64,000 nt of DNA from Raja brachyura. Taxonomy: Eukaryota. Below the pieces are notes generated by a model. That model was given only the letters and a program-made list of their open reading frames with translations, was not told where the DNA came from and ran no database searches. Both the position numbers and the translations under genes were made by a program. The number at the start of each line of letters is the position of its first letter. Positions within the stretch are counted from its first letter, which is position 1. The stretch covers positions 11,036,001 through 11,100,000 of the forward strand of contig OY740799.1 in the NCBI GenBank assembly GCA_963514005.1, read 5' to 3'. Of the stretch, positions 25,780 to 37,116 are shown one piece after another.

Positions 25780-28700
25780 TCATTTCTTCAGCTTTTCACT
25801 GACTTGGTCAATCGCTTCCTTGATCCTGTTTAAAAACAAAGGAGTGATTACAATGCCGATCGTGGACAGGGGGATAGCACAGTAAAAAAAGTTTTGGAAA
25901 ACATCGAACACAATCTACATTGTACAATCTACAGAGGTAAAGATCTATTACAATTTTGACGGCTCCTATCCAAGACAAGAGGCCGAGATGAACAATTTCA
26001 ACCAATGTTTGATTCAAGGTGACAAAGTGGAGAGACTTATTTTGGACAAAAATAAGTCAGTACATTTAATGCTTTTCAATACTTTCAAATTGAATGACAA
26101 TACTTTCGTGATTATATTACCAGCACTTTCCTTAATTTTCTGACTTGCAATGGCCCTGAACTGATGACTAAAAGGAGGCTTTGATTGTGCTGAATCAATG
26201 GCTGTAAACTATCCCCCTGCTTCAAAAAGACAAGACTGGACAAAGTTAGCCTGCTGCTAATTCAGATTCGAAGGCTGATTTTGATGATTATTTCAAGTTT
26301 GACAAAGGCTATTGCTGTTTTTACTCTAGGTAACCCAACCCAACTCATGATATCCCTGTTGAATATTTGTATTGTGGAACTTAGCCCCATTACTCTAAGT
26401 AAATAGACCTGATCAGTTTAATTACATAAAATAGCATCCATTACTCTAAGTGGCACAGAAACATACTACCATGCTGTTTAGTTTAGTTTAAAGATACAGC
26501 ATGGAAACAGGCCCTTCACCCCATGGAGTCCAAACCTACAATCAATCACCCGCTCACACTAATTCCATGTCACCCCACCTTCACACCCATGCTTACACAC
26601 TAGGGGCAATTTACAAAGGCAAATTAACCTACACACCTGCATGAGTTTGGGATGTGGGAGGAAACTAGAGCACTTGGAGGAAGCCAAAGCGACCACAGGG
26701 AGAACATACAGAATATACACATTGCACTGCCCAGCTCACTACTTTTCCATCAGGCTTTCTGTTTAAGGGATCAATGATCTGTTCAGAGTTAATTCCACAT
26801 GTTATTTGCTTCGATTGCTTGAGCAAAGAGAGAGAGTTGGGTATTACTGTACCGTGTCAGTGGGATCTGCTCCACACATAAATTGACGAAGGGACTCAAC
26901 TGGTGAAGAGCATATTCATACTGTAACAACAAAGCACAACATTGGACGATCCCACATTTTCTCACATTAACCCAATCTTTGGCCATGCACACCCTTTTTT
27001 TGCCTCTTTGTGTCGCCCTTATGTCATCCTCACAACTCACTTTCCTACCCATCATTATGTAACGTACTGTAACAATATACATCAGAACAATTATTTACAG
27101 TGCCCAGACTGGTGCAGACGGATTCCTCTTTTCCACACCATTCACAACCATGAAATAATCCAAAATCCTCAGCTTTGAGTCAAAACATCTCTCACTATAC
27201 CTCCTACCCCTCACCTCAACCACTTTCTTATGTTCTCCATGCTGAGATGGGCACTGGAACAACACAAAGCAACACCCAGGCGCCTACTCTTCTCCAGGGC
27301 CAAAACCCTATGCTTTGTGCAACATTTCAGACTGTTAGAGTTGTATAGCACAGAAAAGGTCCTTTGACCCACCCATCCAATTCCGATCGTCAATCCCACA
27401 CTGCACACTGTCTTACAGCGCCAAGATCCTGACTATGGGCACTGTCTGTATAGAGCTTGTGTGTTCTCCCTGTGACCGTGTGGGTTTTCTCTGGGTGCTC
27501 CAGTTTCCTCCGACATTCCAAGGACTTGCAGGTTTGTTGGTTAATTGGCTTCTGTAACTTGTCCCTATTGTGTGGGATAGAACTAGTGTACAGGAGATTG
27601 GTTGCTGGCACTAAACTCGGTGGGCCGCAGGGCCCGTTTCCCTACTCTATCTCTAAACTAAACTAAACTTGTCCTCCCAGTTTCCATCACTCACCTGCAC
27701 ACTAGAAGCATTTTTTACAGCGGCTACCAACCAGCATGTCTTTGGGACGCAAGAGAAACCCTGAATATTCAGGGGGAAGAAACCCAGGCAGTGACAGGGA
27801 GAACGTGCAAGCTCCACACATTCAGTCCCAGAGATCAGGATTGAAACCCAATCGCTGGAACTGTGAGGCAGCAACATAGCTAACTGCACCACCGTACTGC
27901 CCCTATTAAATCTGGCTCTTCTTGTGGTCATTGGTTTCAGTTAAGAAGCTGCTCAATGCTGCATCGAGCTGTTTTATCAGCGCTGTGAAAAGCAGCAGAG
28001 TTCCCACCCAGTCTTCTTCTTGTCGTGTCGCTGCACTTTTCCAAGCCACTGCACAACGCAGGCTCTGGCACATGGGTTGAAGACCCTGAGATCTTCTGGT
28101 TTGCAGGTTTCTGGGAGGTGGGGGCAAGTACCCTGCCTCTCTCCCCTCCTTAAAGCTAACATGTTGACCCAGCTTTTGATCACCTACGCTGGTATATTTT
28201 CTCTTTGGCCTAATATTGATTTGACAATGGTCGCATGAACTCACCATTGCAGCTATCTCTGTACTATGTGAATGCATCACAGACGTACCTCTGGATTATG
28301 CCAGTCAAAGCACCGCATTTGGAAATACTCCACCGCAGAGCGGTAGTTTCCCCGCTCCGTGAGGCGCTTCTTGCCGGTGAGCACTCGCTCAGCCTGTTCT
28401 TCGGAGTCCGTGGCCAGAGTAACAATCTCTCGCACTGTCTGTCGGATTAGCTCCCTCACCTGCAACACAACAGAGCTGTTTGGTTACACCCCGACCACAT
28501 GGGAAGGACCCATGTCATGTATCTGTACACTGGAAATAGGGCTCTAGATAGGGTTCCTAAAAATAGCGGAGTCAGGGCATATGGGGAGAAGGCAGGAACG
28601 GGGTACTGATTGGGTATGATCAGCCATGATCACATTGAATGGTGGTGCTGGCTCGAAGGGCCGAATGGCCTACTCCGGCACCTATTGTCTATAAATGGCG

Positions 28701-29164
28701 CAATTTACATAATCACGTATTGTCTTTCCGCTGACTAGATAGCACGCCACAAATGCTTTTCACTGGACCTCGGTTCACGTGACAATAAACAAAACTATAA
28801 ACAAAGACTGGGAATCCATCATTTTACTGCCCGTCCTGGGAACAATGAAGAATTCCCTGGAGCAGGAGCCCCATTTGACAGCAGGACTACCAGTGTGTGT
28901 CTCCCTGCACTGTAGGCAGGTTAGTGAGGCTGTCTGCCCCACACTGACTAGCACCATCCAACATCTCTTTGCTGGTTCCAGATGAGTAAAGATGCCTGGT
29001 ATGGGGCCCAGGGTAGAGGAACAAGTTTGCACCATTACCTCAAGGAGATGGTCCAAGTCTTTCTGCAGCTTTTCCTTCTCCTCTGGATCCTTAGCAGCTT
29101 TGATCCTATTCTCAAGAAGAGTAACAGGTGCGTCACACTGTGCCACAGTCTCCATTCCAGCCAT
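25780..29164 (-). CDS. Legumain-like gene encoding only the C-terminal activation peptide/LSAM prodomain, 136 aa, 4 coding exons
   Basis: Exons: 29164-29039 (acceptor at 29184), 28459-28289 (171 nt), 26920-26853 (68 nt), 25825-25780. Introns are GT-AG with phases 0,0,2. Sequence RCFDWHNPEYEYALHQLSPFVNLCVEQIPLTRIKEAIDQV aligns with the legumain C-terminus [40 protein letters not shown]. Confidence 0.8.
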
Positions 29165-30499
29165 TAGAGTGGGTTTGCCCGCGCCTGCAGCAGGAAGCAA
29201 CATGGGAACACTGTAGTTCTCACAAAGAAACAAAGCTCTCCAATCCTAAGGGAGCAGCACAGAGAGTCTGAGCACCTCAAGGAGCAGGAATCAATATTTA
29301 TCATCAGGATTCTCCTAATCAGTGACAAACATGAAGACATTCCGGACAGTCAGGGGCTTTTACAGTTTATTCTCATGCATATCATTTCATGAGCTCAGAA
29401 AGACCTCGAGAACTGAAGACGGGTCTCGGCCCGAAACGTCACCCATTCCTTTTCTCGAGAGATGCTGCCTGCCCCGCTGAGTTACTCCAGCATTTTGTGT
29501 CTTATTTCCGAGATCTACACGGCTGGTGAAACACTGCGATGCAGAATGGTTGTTGTGTTGTCGGGACTATGGTAGTGTATTTGCTTCCTGGTAACCACCA
29601 GATAACTGAGCCGTGAATCAAATCAAAAAAAGGTCGGCAGATTGTCACCGTCTCGTCAAAAGGCACGTTGGGGGATTTTGCATCGACGCCACCGCATGGA
29701 ACGTGACAATCTTGTGACCTGACAGATATCTCACGGCGCGGGAAGGAGGGCGCCAGTGGCATTTCTGCCGGATACACACAAAATGCTGGAGTAACTCAGC
29801 GGGACAGGCAGCATCTCTGGAGAGAAGGAATGGGTGACGCTTCTTCAGACTGAAGTCAGGGGAGAGGGAGATACATAGATAAGGAAGTGTACGATGTGAA
29901 GAGGAGATGTTGATCAAGGAATTCTGTCAGAGTTTCCGCTACAGGCTTTTCCCAAACTGAACACGAGGGGGCAAAACCTGACCAGAGGCTGAAGAAAGGT
30001 CTCGACCGAGATGATCGTGTGTCTGTGCCCTCCACTGGGGGAGGCTGCCCGACCCACTGAGTCCTCCAGCACTTTGTATCTTCCTCCTTGACTCCTCGTC
30101 CCCCTCGCCCTCCACTGTCTAATTCCCTAATCCCATCAACCTCCATGATCATCAACATCCCAGCTATTATATTTACCAATTTAATCATTTCCTTCCCAGG
30201 AGAAAACATCTTTAATGTAGGAACTGCAGATGCTGGTTTACACATAAAATAGACACAAAATGCTGGAGTAGCTCAGCGGGACAGGCAGCATCTCTGGCGA
30301 CGCTTCGAGTCGAGACCCTTCTTCAAACATCTTTTAATTGGATATATAACTTTGAATTTGTTACATTGATGATATTTCTTTCCACTTTCAACTTTATAAA
30401 GTGATTTACAATAATCCACGGTCAATTTCAAAAAACAAATCGTACATATTCAGATACAGAGGATGGGGGAGGGATACCCCAAATGTGAACTGAACTCAC

Positions 30500-30640
30500 C
30501 GAGTGCAAGCCTTCCCTGCAAGCTTCCACTCCGCGCTTCCTGGGAGCAGCCTTGTCCGCGCTAGGGGAAGCTCCGCCCGGCTCACGCTGCGCCTCGTCTA
30601 TAGGACGGGCTGTGGCCGCTCCCTGGTGACTCACAGAGGC
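30500..30640 (-). promoter_or_regulatory. Putative promoter and non-coding exon 1 of the LSAM-only gene
   Basis: CpG-rich patch with AP-1 site TGACTCA (30627-30633), TATA-like ctatag (30598-30603) and GC box (30573-30578). Strong donor CG|gtgagt at 30500/30499. No ATG in the exon. Confidence 0.55.
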
Positions 30641-31529
30641 GGTGTCATCTCACCAGCCTCCCCTCTGTCAGCTGACGGGACAGCAATGGAGACCAAAGAT
30701 ACTAGAGCAAGAGAGACGCTCCACGTCCAACACGTTGGTGCAATCTAAGCGTGTAGGAAGGAACTGCAGATGCTGGTTTAAACCGAAGTAAAGCTGGAGT
30801 AACTCAGCGGGACAGGCAGCATCGTCTTCAGTCTAAAGAAGGGTCTCGATCCGAAACGTCACCCATTCCTTCTCTCCAGGGATGCTGCCTGTCCCGCTGG
30901 GTTATTCCACCATTTTGTGTCTATCTTTGGTGCATTCTGAGCAACAGGTTCAAGATCAGTGACAGCACAACTGACCACAGACGCGCTCACTTTAATTCAC
31001 CTTCCCTGATCAACATAACGTCCGATAGAAGGATCCCAAACCAAAACGTCGCCTCCACAGACGCTGCCTGGCTCGCTGACTTTAGTTACTCCAGTACTTT
31101 TTGCTCCAGATTCCAGCATTTGCAGTCTTTTGATTCTCCCTCTAATAGATTTTATAACTGAGACTCCACATTAAATGAAAACAGAAAATGCCGTAAATAC
31201 TCAGCGGGCCGGGCAGTATCTGCAGTTCTGAGGGTCATAGCACAGTGACAGGCCCTTCGGCCCAACTTGTCCATGCCGACCAAGGTGCCCCATATGCATT
31301 AATCCCACCTGCCTGCATTGGCCCAGATCCCTCTAAACATGTCCTATCCATGATACATCCACACATGTATTTTAAATGTTGCCAATGGTTCTTGCCTCAA
31401 ACTACCCCACCTGGTGGTTCTTTTCCACCACCCTGTGTGAAAAAGGTGCCCCTCAGGTTCCTATTAAATGTTTCCCGTCTCACCTTAAACATAATTCCCC
31501 CATTCTAGTAAAAGACTGTGCATTCACAG

Positions 31530-32552
31530 GCAGTGGCGAGTGGAGTGCTGCAAGGCTCGGTGTTGGGGCCGCAACTGTTTACCATATATATTATGATTTG
31601 GAAGAGGGATTTAGGAGCAAGTTTGTGGATGACACAAAGCTGGGTGGCAGTCTGAACTGTGAAGAGGATGTTAGGAGGTTGCAGGGTGACCTGGACAGGT
31701 TGAGTGAGTGGGCAGATGCGTGGCAGATGCAGTATAATATAGATAAATGTGAGGTTATCCACTTTGGCGGCAAAAACAAGGGGGCAGATTATTATCTCAA
31801 TGCGGTTAGGTTAGGGAAGGTGGAGGTGCAGCGAGACCTGGGCGTCCTTATACACCAGTCACTGAAAGTTGGCTTACAGGTACAGCAGGCAGTGAAGAAA
31901 GCTACTGGAATGTTGGCCTTCATCACAAGAGGATTTCAATATAGGAGTAAAGAGATTCTTCTGCAGTTGTATAGGGCTCTGGTGAGACCACATTTTGAGT
32001 ATTGTGTACAGTTTTGGTCTCCTAATTTGAGGAACGACATCCTTGTGATTGAGGCAGGGCAGCGTAAGTTCATGAGTTTGATCCCTGGGATGGCGGGACT
32101 GTCTTATGAGGAAAGATTGAAAAGACTAGGCTTGTATTCACTGGAGTTTAGAAGGATGAGGGGATATCTTATAGAAACATATAAAATTATAAAAGGACTG
32201 GACAAGCTAGATGCAGGAAAAATGTTCCCAATGTTGGCCGAGTCCAGATCCAGGGGCCACAGTCTTAGAATAAAGGGGAGGTCATTTAAAACTGAGGTGA
32301 GAAGAAACATCTTCACCCAGAGAGTTGTGAATTTATGGAATTCCCTGCCACAGAGGGCAATGGAGGCCAAGTCACTGGATGGATTTAAGAGAGCGTTAGA
32401 TAGAGCTCTAGGGGCTAGTTGAGTCAAGGGATATGGGGAGAAGGCAGGCACGGGTTATTGATAGGGACGATCAGCCATGATCACAATGAATGACGGTGCT
32501 GGCTCGAAGGGCAGAATGGCCTCCTCCTGCACATATTTTCTATGTTTCTATC
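31530..32552 (+). mobile_element. CR1-clade LINE 3' fragment
   Basis: FVDDTKLGG...LEFRRMRG in ORF 31376-32422, with a 3' UTR and ttctatgtttcta tail. Confidence 0.9.
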
Positions 32553-33340
32553 TATCCCTCCATGATTTTATACACCTCTATAAGATCACCACTCAACCTC
32601 CTGTGCTTCAAGGAATAAAATCCTAGTCTACCCAACCTCTCCATGTTGTTCATGCATTTGAGTCCTGGTAACATTCTCATAAATCTTATCTGCAGTCTTT
32701 CAAGCTTAACAGCATCTTTCCTATAGCAGGGAGACTAAAACTGAACACAATGTTCCAAATGTGGCCCCACCAATGTTTTGTCCAACTGTAACATAACATC
32801 CCAACCTCTATACTCAATACCCTGACTGATGAAGGCCGACATACTGAGAGCTTTCTTGACCACCAGATCTACCTGTGACACCATTTTCAGAGATCTATGT
32901 ACCTGTACTCCTAGGTCCCTCTGCCCTACCATACACCCCCAGGACCCTACCATTTATTGTGAAGGCCTTGCCCTGGTTTGACTTCCCAAAATGAAATACC
33001 TCACACTTATCTGCATTAGAGTCCATTAGCCATTCCTCAGTTCACTTATCCAACTGATCAAGATCCTATTGTAATTTTTGATAACCATCTTCACTATCTA
33101 CGATACCTCCCACTTTAGTGTAATCTGCAAACTTGCTAATCATGCTTTGTGCATTCTCATCCAAATTGTTGATGTAAACCACAAACAGCAATGGGCCCAG
33201 CACTGAATCTGAGGCATACCACCCGTATTCTGTATCAAACCAATTTTGTAATCAGTTGGCTAGCTCTCTCTGGATCCCATGTGACCTAGCCTTCCAGATC
33301 CGTCCACCATGCAAAACCTCATCAAACATCTTGCTGAGGG
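32553..33340 (-). mobile_element. Degenerate CR1 LINE fragment
   Basis: QRDLGVQVHRSLK...LVGPHLEHCVQF on the minus strand. Confidence 0.8.
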
Positions 33341-36300
33341 ATCGCAAATCTATAATGTATACTTTGTTTCACCTTCCATAGATGATATCTGGCCTGTGTC
33401 AAAAATAAATTGCTCATGTTTCAAGAAGACAGGTAGAGTGCCTAAAAATGCTCAAAGTCCTCTTCATTAGCCCATTTACGTTAGAGATACAGCGCTGAAA
33501 CAGGCCCACCGGGTCCGCGCCGACCAGCGATTCCCTCACATTAACACTATCCTACACACACTAGGGACAATGTTTAAAATATTTATCGCCAATTAACCTA
33601 CAAAAAAAAACACAAAAGAGATAGAAAAGGTAACAGAAGATCTGCTTATCTTCAGTGGGGTGGAATTGGCCTGTTAAATTGATTTGTATTTTTCAGAGGT
33701 GCATGATTTATAATTGTTATAAGATCATTCAGCAGAAGGAAAAATGCTTAAGTGCCTGCTACAGTAAACAACGTAACAAAGCAAAATTCTGTGTATATAA
33801 GGAGTAGATGAATCTTTGTTCAGGGAGCAACTGATTCAGTAACTGAACAGAATTTCAGCAACTGAAATCAGTGCTCCCACTGATCACTGTATTTGATGCT
33901 CTTAATAAAGTCTTGATTGCCTTGCCTGATCTTGGTGGTGTGTTTTAAAGTTTTCTTTAACACCTGCAAAATGTTTTCACCTTAATTTCAAATAATATTT
34001 TCCTCTTTACGTACCTTTAGAAACTCTTACAGGATATTTATCTCTCAGCCATTCTTACAGTCTCCCCTCCTTTTCATTATCAATACCTTGGTCTTACCTT
34101 GCTGTACTTTGAAGTACTTATTTCATGACTTGCGGTTTTAGAACGTAGAACAGTAAAACACAGGAACAGGCCCTTTGTTCATGATCATGATTCCAAATTA
34201 AACTATTCCCCTCTGTCTGTATGTGATCCATATCCCTCCATTCCCCACATGTCCATGTGCCCAATGCCGTTCCCAAAACTCAAGCTTACTGCTTTATTTA
34301 GTAACATAAACCCTTTCCTCTGACATGTTGTTGTCTTTCTCATGGTCATAATTGGTATATTTTATTCCTCAGAGAGATATATAAATATCACAAGTAAACT
34401 ATGTGGTAATTTTTTATTGGTGATTTTATTGCTTGTTTACTATTACAATTATGAATGTTGTTTCCCAACCTACCAGGCAACCTCATCCCTAATGCTTGTG
34501 ATTTTTTATTATCCCTGTTTGGATGCTATCTTCAGATTGAACTAAACCACTTTCAACTTTCAACAAAATTGTATCTTAACCCTGAAGAAGGTTTTCGGCC
34601 CGAAACGTTGCCTATCTCCTTCGCTCCTTAGATGCTGCTGCACCCGCTGAGTTTCTCCAGCCTTTTGTGTACCCTCTATCTTATTATGATCTCCCTTCCC
34701 TAATGGTCACTTAGATTATTTAACCCTTTCTAATTGCAGTATCCCAAATCTAAAATAGCCTGTTCATTGTTGCTTCCTCCAAAAAATTATTCAGAAAACC
34801 ATCTCATATGCAACCCATGAGTTGATCCTCCCTCCTAATGTGATTTAGATTAACATTCATGATGGTTTTATTATCTAAATGCCATTAAATTTCTATTATG
34901 ATCTGTATTACTATTGTCATTTGTGGATTTTTATACAATCAGTTTAAGTCTGTGGAGCAGCTGGGAAAAGAAGTCTTGGTTAATATTGACATTTAGGTTT
35001 GTCAGAGGTTAAACACATTTAATACAACAGGTCCAGCTACCGGCTTTGAACTGCAAATGACAACTGTCCTGACAATTCATGTTCTCAATGCCTTTCATAC
35101 TTGCTGAACTAAAATCTTACACGTTAACTTTTGCTGCTTTTCTACTCAAGGTGTTGCTTCTCAATCACTACTAGTCATAGCAAACAAAGTGCAATGACCA
35201 ACCAATCCTTCAACAGTGCATGACACATGCACCTTATCCATGATTTTATCTCAACCGTTGTCCCCCATTCTATTATCTGCTGCTACAGTGGAATGTTCTG
35301 GTATTTGATGTTGTATATGTTGGTATTTTGTATTTCTAACATATACATTCCTTTCATTTGAAGGCTTACTTCATCCTTATCTGCACTGTGTCCCGTGTAC
35401 AAAGGAACTGCAGATGCTGGTTTAAACCGATGATAGACTTAAAAAGCTGGAGTAACTCAGCGGGTCGGACAGCATCTCTGGAGAAAAGGAAAAGGTGATG
35501 TTTCAAGCTGAGACTCTTCTTCAGACTGAGAGTCAGCGGAAAGGGAAATGAGTGATATAGACAGTGATGTAGAGAGATATAGAATAAATGAATGAAAGAT
35601 ATGCATATACATCACCATTTATATCCCTGCACCATTTCCTTTTCCCGACTCTCAGTCAGAAAAAGGGTCTCCACCCAAAATGTCACCTATTCCAGAGATG
35701 CTGTCTGACCCACTGAGTTATTCCAGCATTTTGTGTCTATCAGCACTGTGTCCTGTTAGTTTGCCTCCATCTACAGCCTTAATAATATGCCTTCATATAG
35801 TGCAGTCAGATCTTGTCAATTTGATTACAATGATATATTGAACTCGATCATCAATTACAGCGGTTAGCTTTATCAAATGACACACATATTGGACAGAGAA
35901 ACATTCTTCACATTCACTTAGTCTACCTTGGAACACTTGTTGACTTTAACTTCAACCTTTTTGCACATGTTTTTCCCCAAACAGGTGTTTGACAGCACCA
36001 TCTGTGGCATTAGCTGCTCCACTACACTTAATGCTTAATACACTTAAGTCTTGTTCTCTAAAACCGCACGCAGAATGCTGCCACATATTATTTGTAGACT
36101 GGCAACATTTACCTCCTGGTTGAAATGGAAACTTTCTCATCTGGGAAGTGCTCCAAGGTAGACTAAGTGAATGTGAAGACATGTTTAGCAACTTGTTTCT
36201 ACTGGAAGAAGTGCTGAAGGCCACACTGATGGTCAGTGTTGCCACTGCAAAGGCTCTCTGAGAAAAGACAACATTACGTGGAATTACTCTCACTGGACAC

Positions 36301-36731
36301 TGATGTGCTCGGCCATACATAATTAGCTCCCATATAGTTGGGAAATGAAGAAAAGACGCATTAATAAAATACAATCACTGCAAGGAAATATAAAAATATG
36401 TTGAATATTGCGTGCTAACAACCCTATATCTTATATTATGTTATTTGCCCACTTTATGGGATCTCCTTATTTGAAAAATACAAGCAGAAACAATTCTGCC
36501 AGTATTTTAATTTTTCCCTCAAAGAGCGTAATTGTTTAAAACATTTACCAAGGCAATTAACATACAAACCTGTACATCTTTGCAGTGTGGGAGGAAACCG
36601 AAGATCTTGGAGAAGGCTCATGGTCAAGGGGAGAAGATACAAACACCGTACAGACAGAGCCCGTAGTCAGGATCGAACCCGGGTCTCCCGCGCTACATTC
36701 GCTGCGCCACCGTGAAGTAGAAAATAAACGA

Positions 36732-37116
36732 TTAAGGAAGTTGTTTCAGAGGAAGTGGCGCAGGGGTATGGAGCAGCAACCCATTCTCCTTGTCTGGAAT
36801 ATCAATCATTGTCACTTTGTTGTTCTGAAGATATTTGTTAATATTTGCTTTTATCTTTCCTATCCTTACCCGAGTGTCTAGATCAGGTATGGTACTCTCA
36901 TCTCCCAGGTCTTTCAGAATGGATTTCAATAGTTTGCGCAGCCACTTTGTGCCGTAACTCTGCTCATGGGAGGGAAGCATTTGAACCTGACTTTCAACTC
37001 GGAGTAAGAGCTCTTCATCATCTCTGATCTTAGTGATGATCTTTAGCCCGTGACACAGCTTTTCAACTTGTTGAATGTTTTTCTGTTCAAGGTCATCAAG
37101 TTTGTTTGCACATAGA
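36732..37116 (-). CDS. Terminal exon: last LRR plus helical C-terminal cap
   Basis: Acceptor ttgctttcag|T completes TAT (Y). It reads YLCANKLDDLEQKNI... through to TAA at 36734-36732. Confidence 0.8.

Noticed and set aside
25780-29184. Calling this the canonical LGMN gene
   Set aside because: No catalytic-domain or signal-peptide exons were found upstream before the next same-strand gene, and conserved cysteines are missing.
29502-29777. 91-aa ORF in the LSAM gene intron as a missing exon
   Set aside because: No legumain similarity. NVPFDETVTIC weakly recalls Penelope RT, and it lies between Penelope repeat fragments.
34098-34130. Donor-flanked minus-strand stretch faintly resembling the short legumain exon preceding the activation peptide (ISTSK vs ISTMK)
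   Set aside because: No acceptor, needs a frameshift, and is too short to distinguish from chance.
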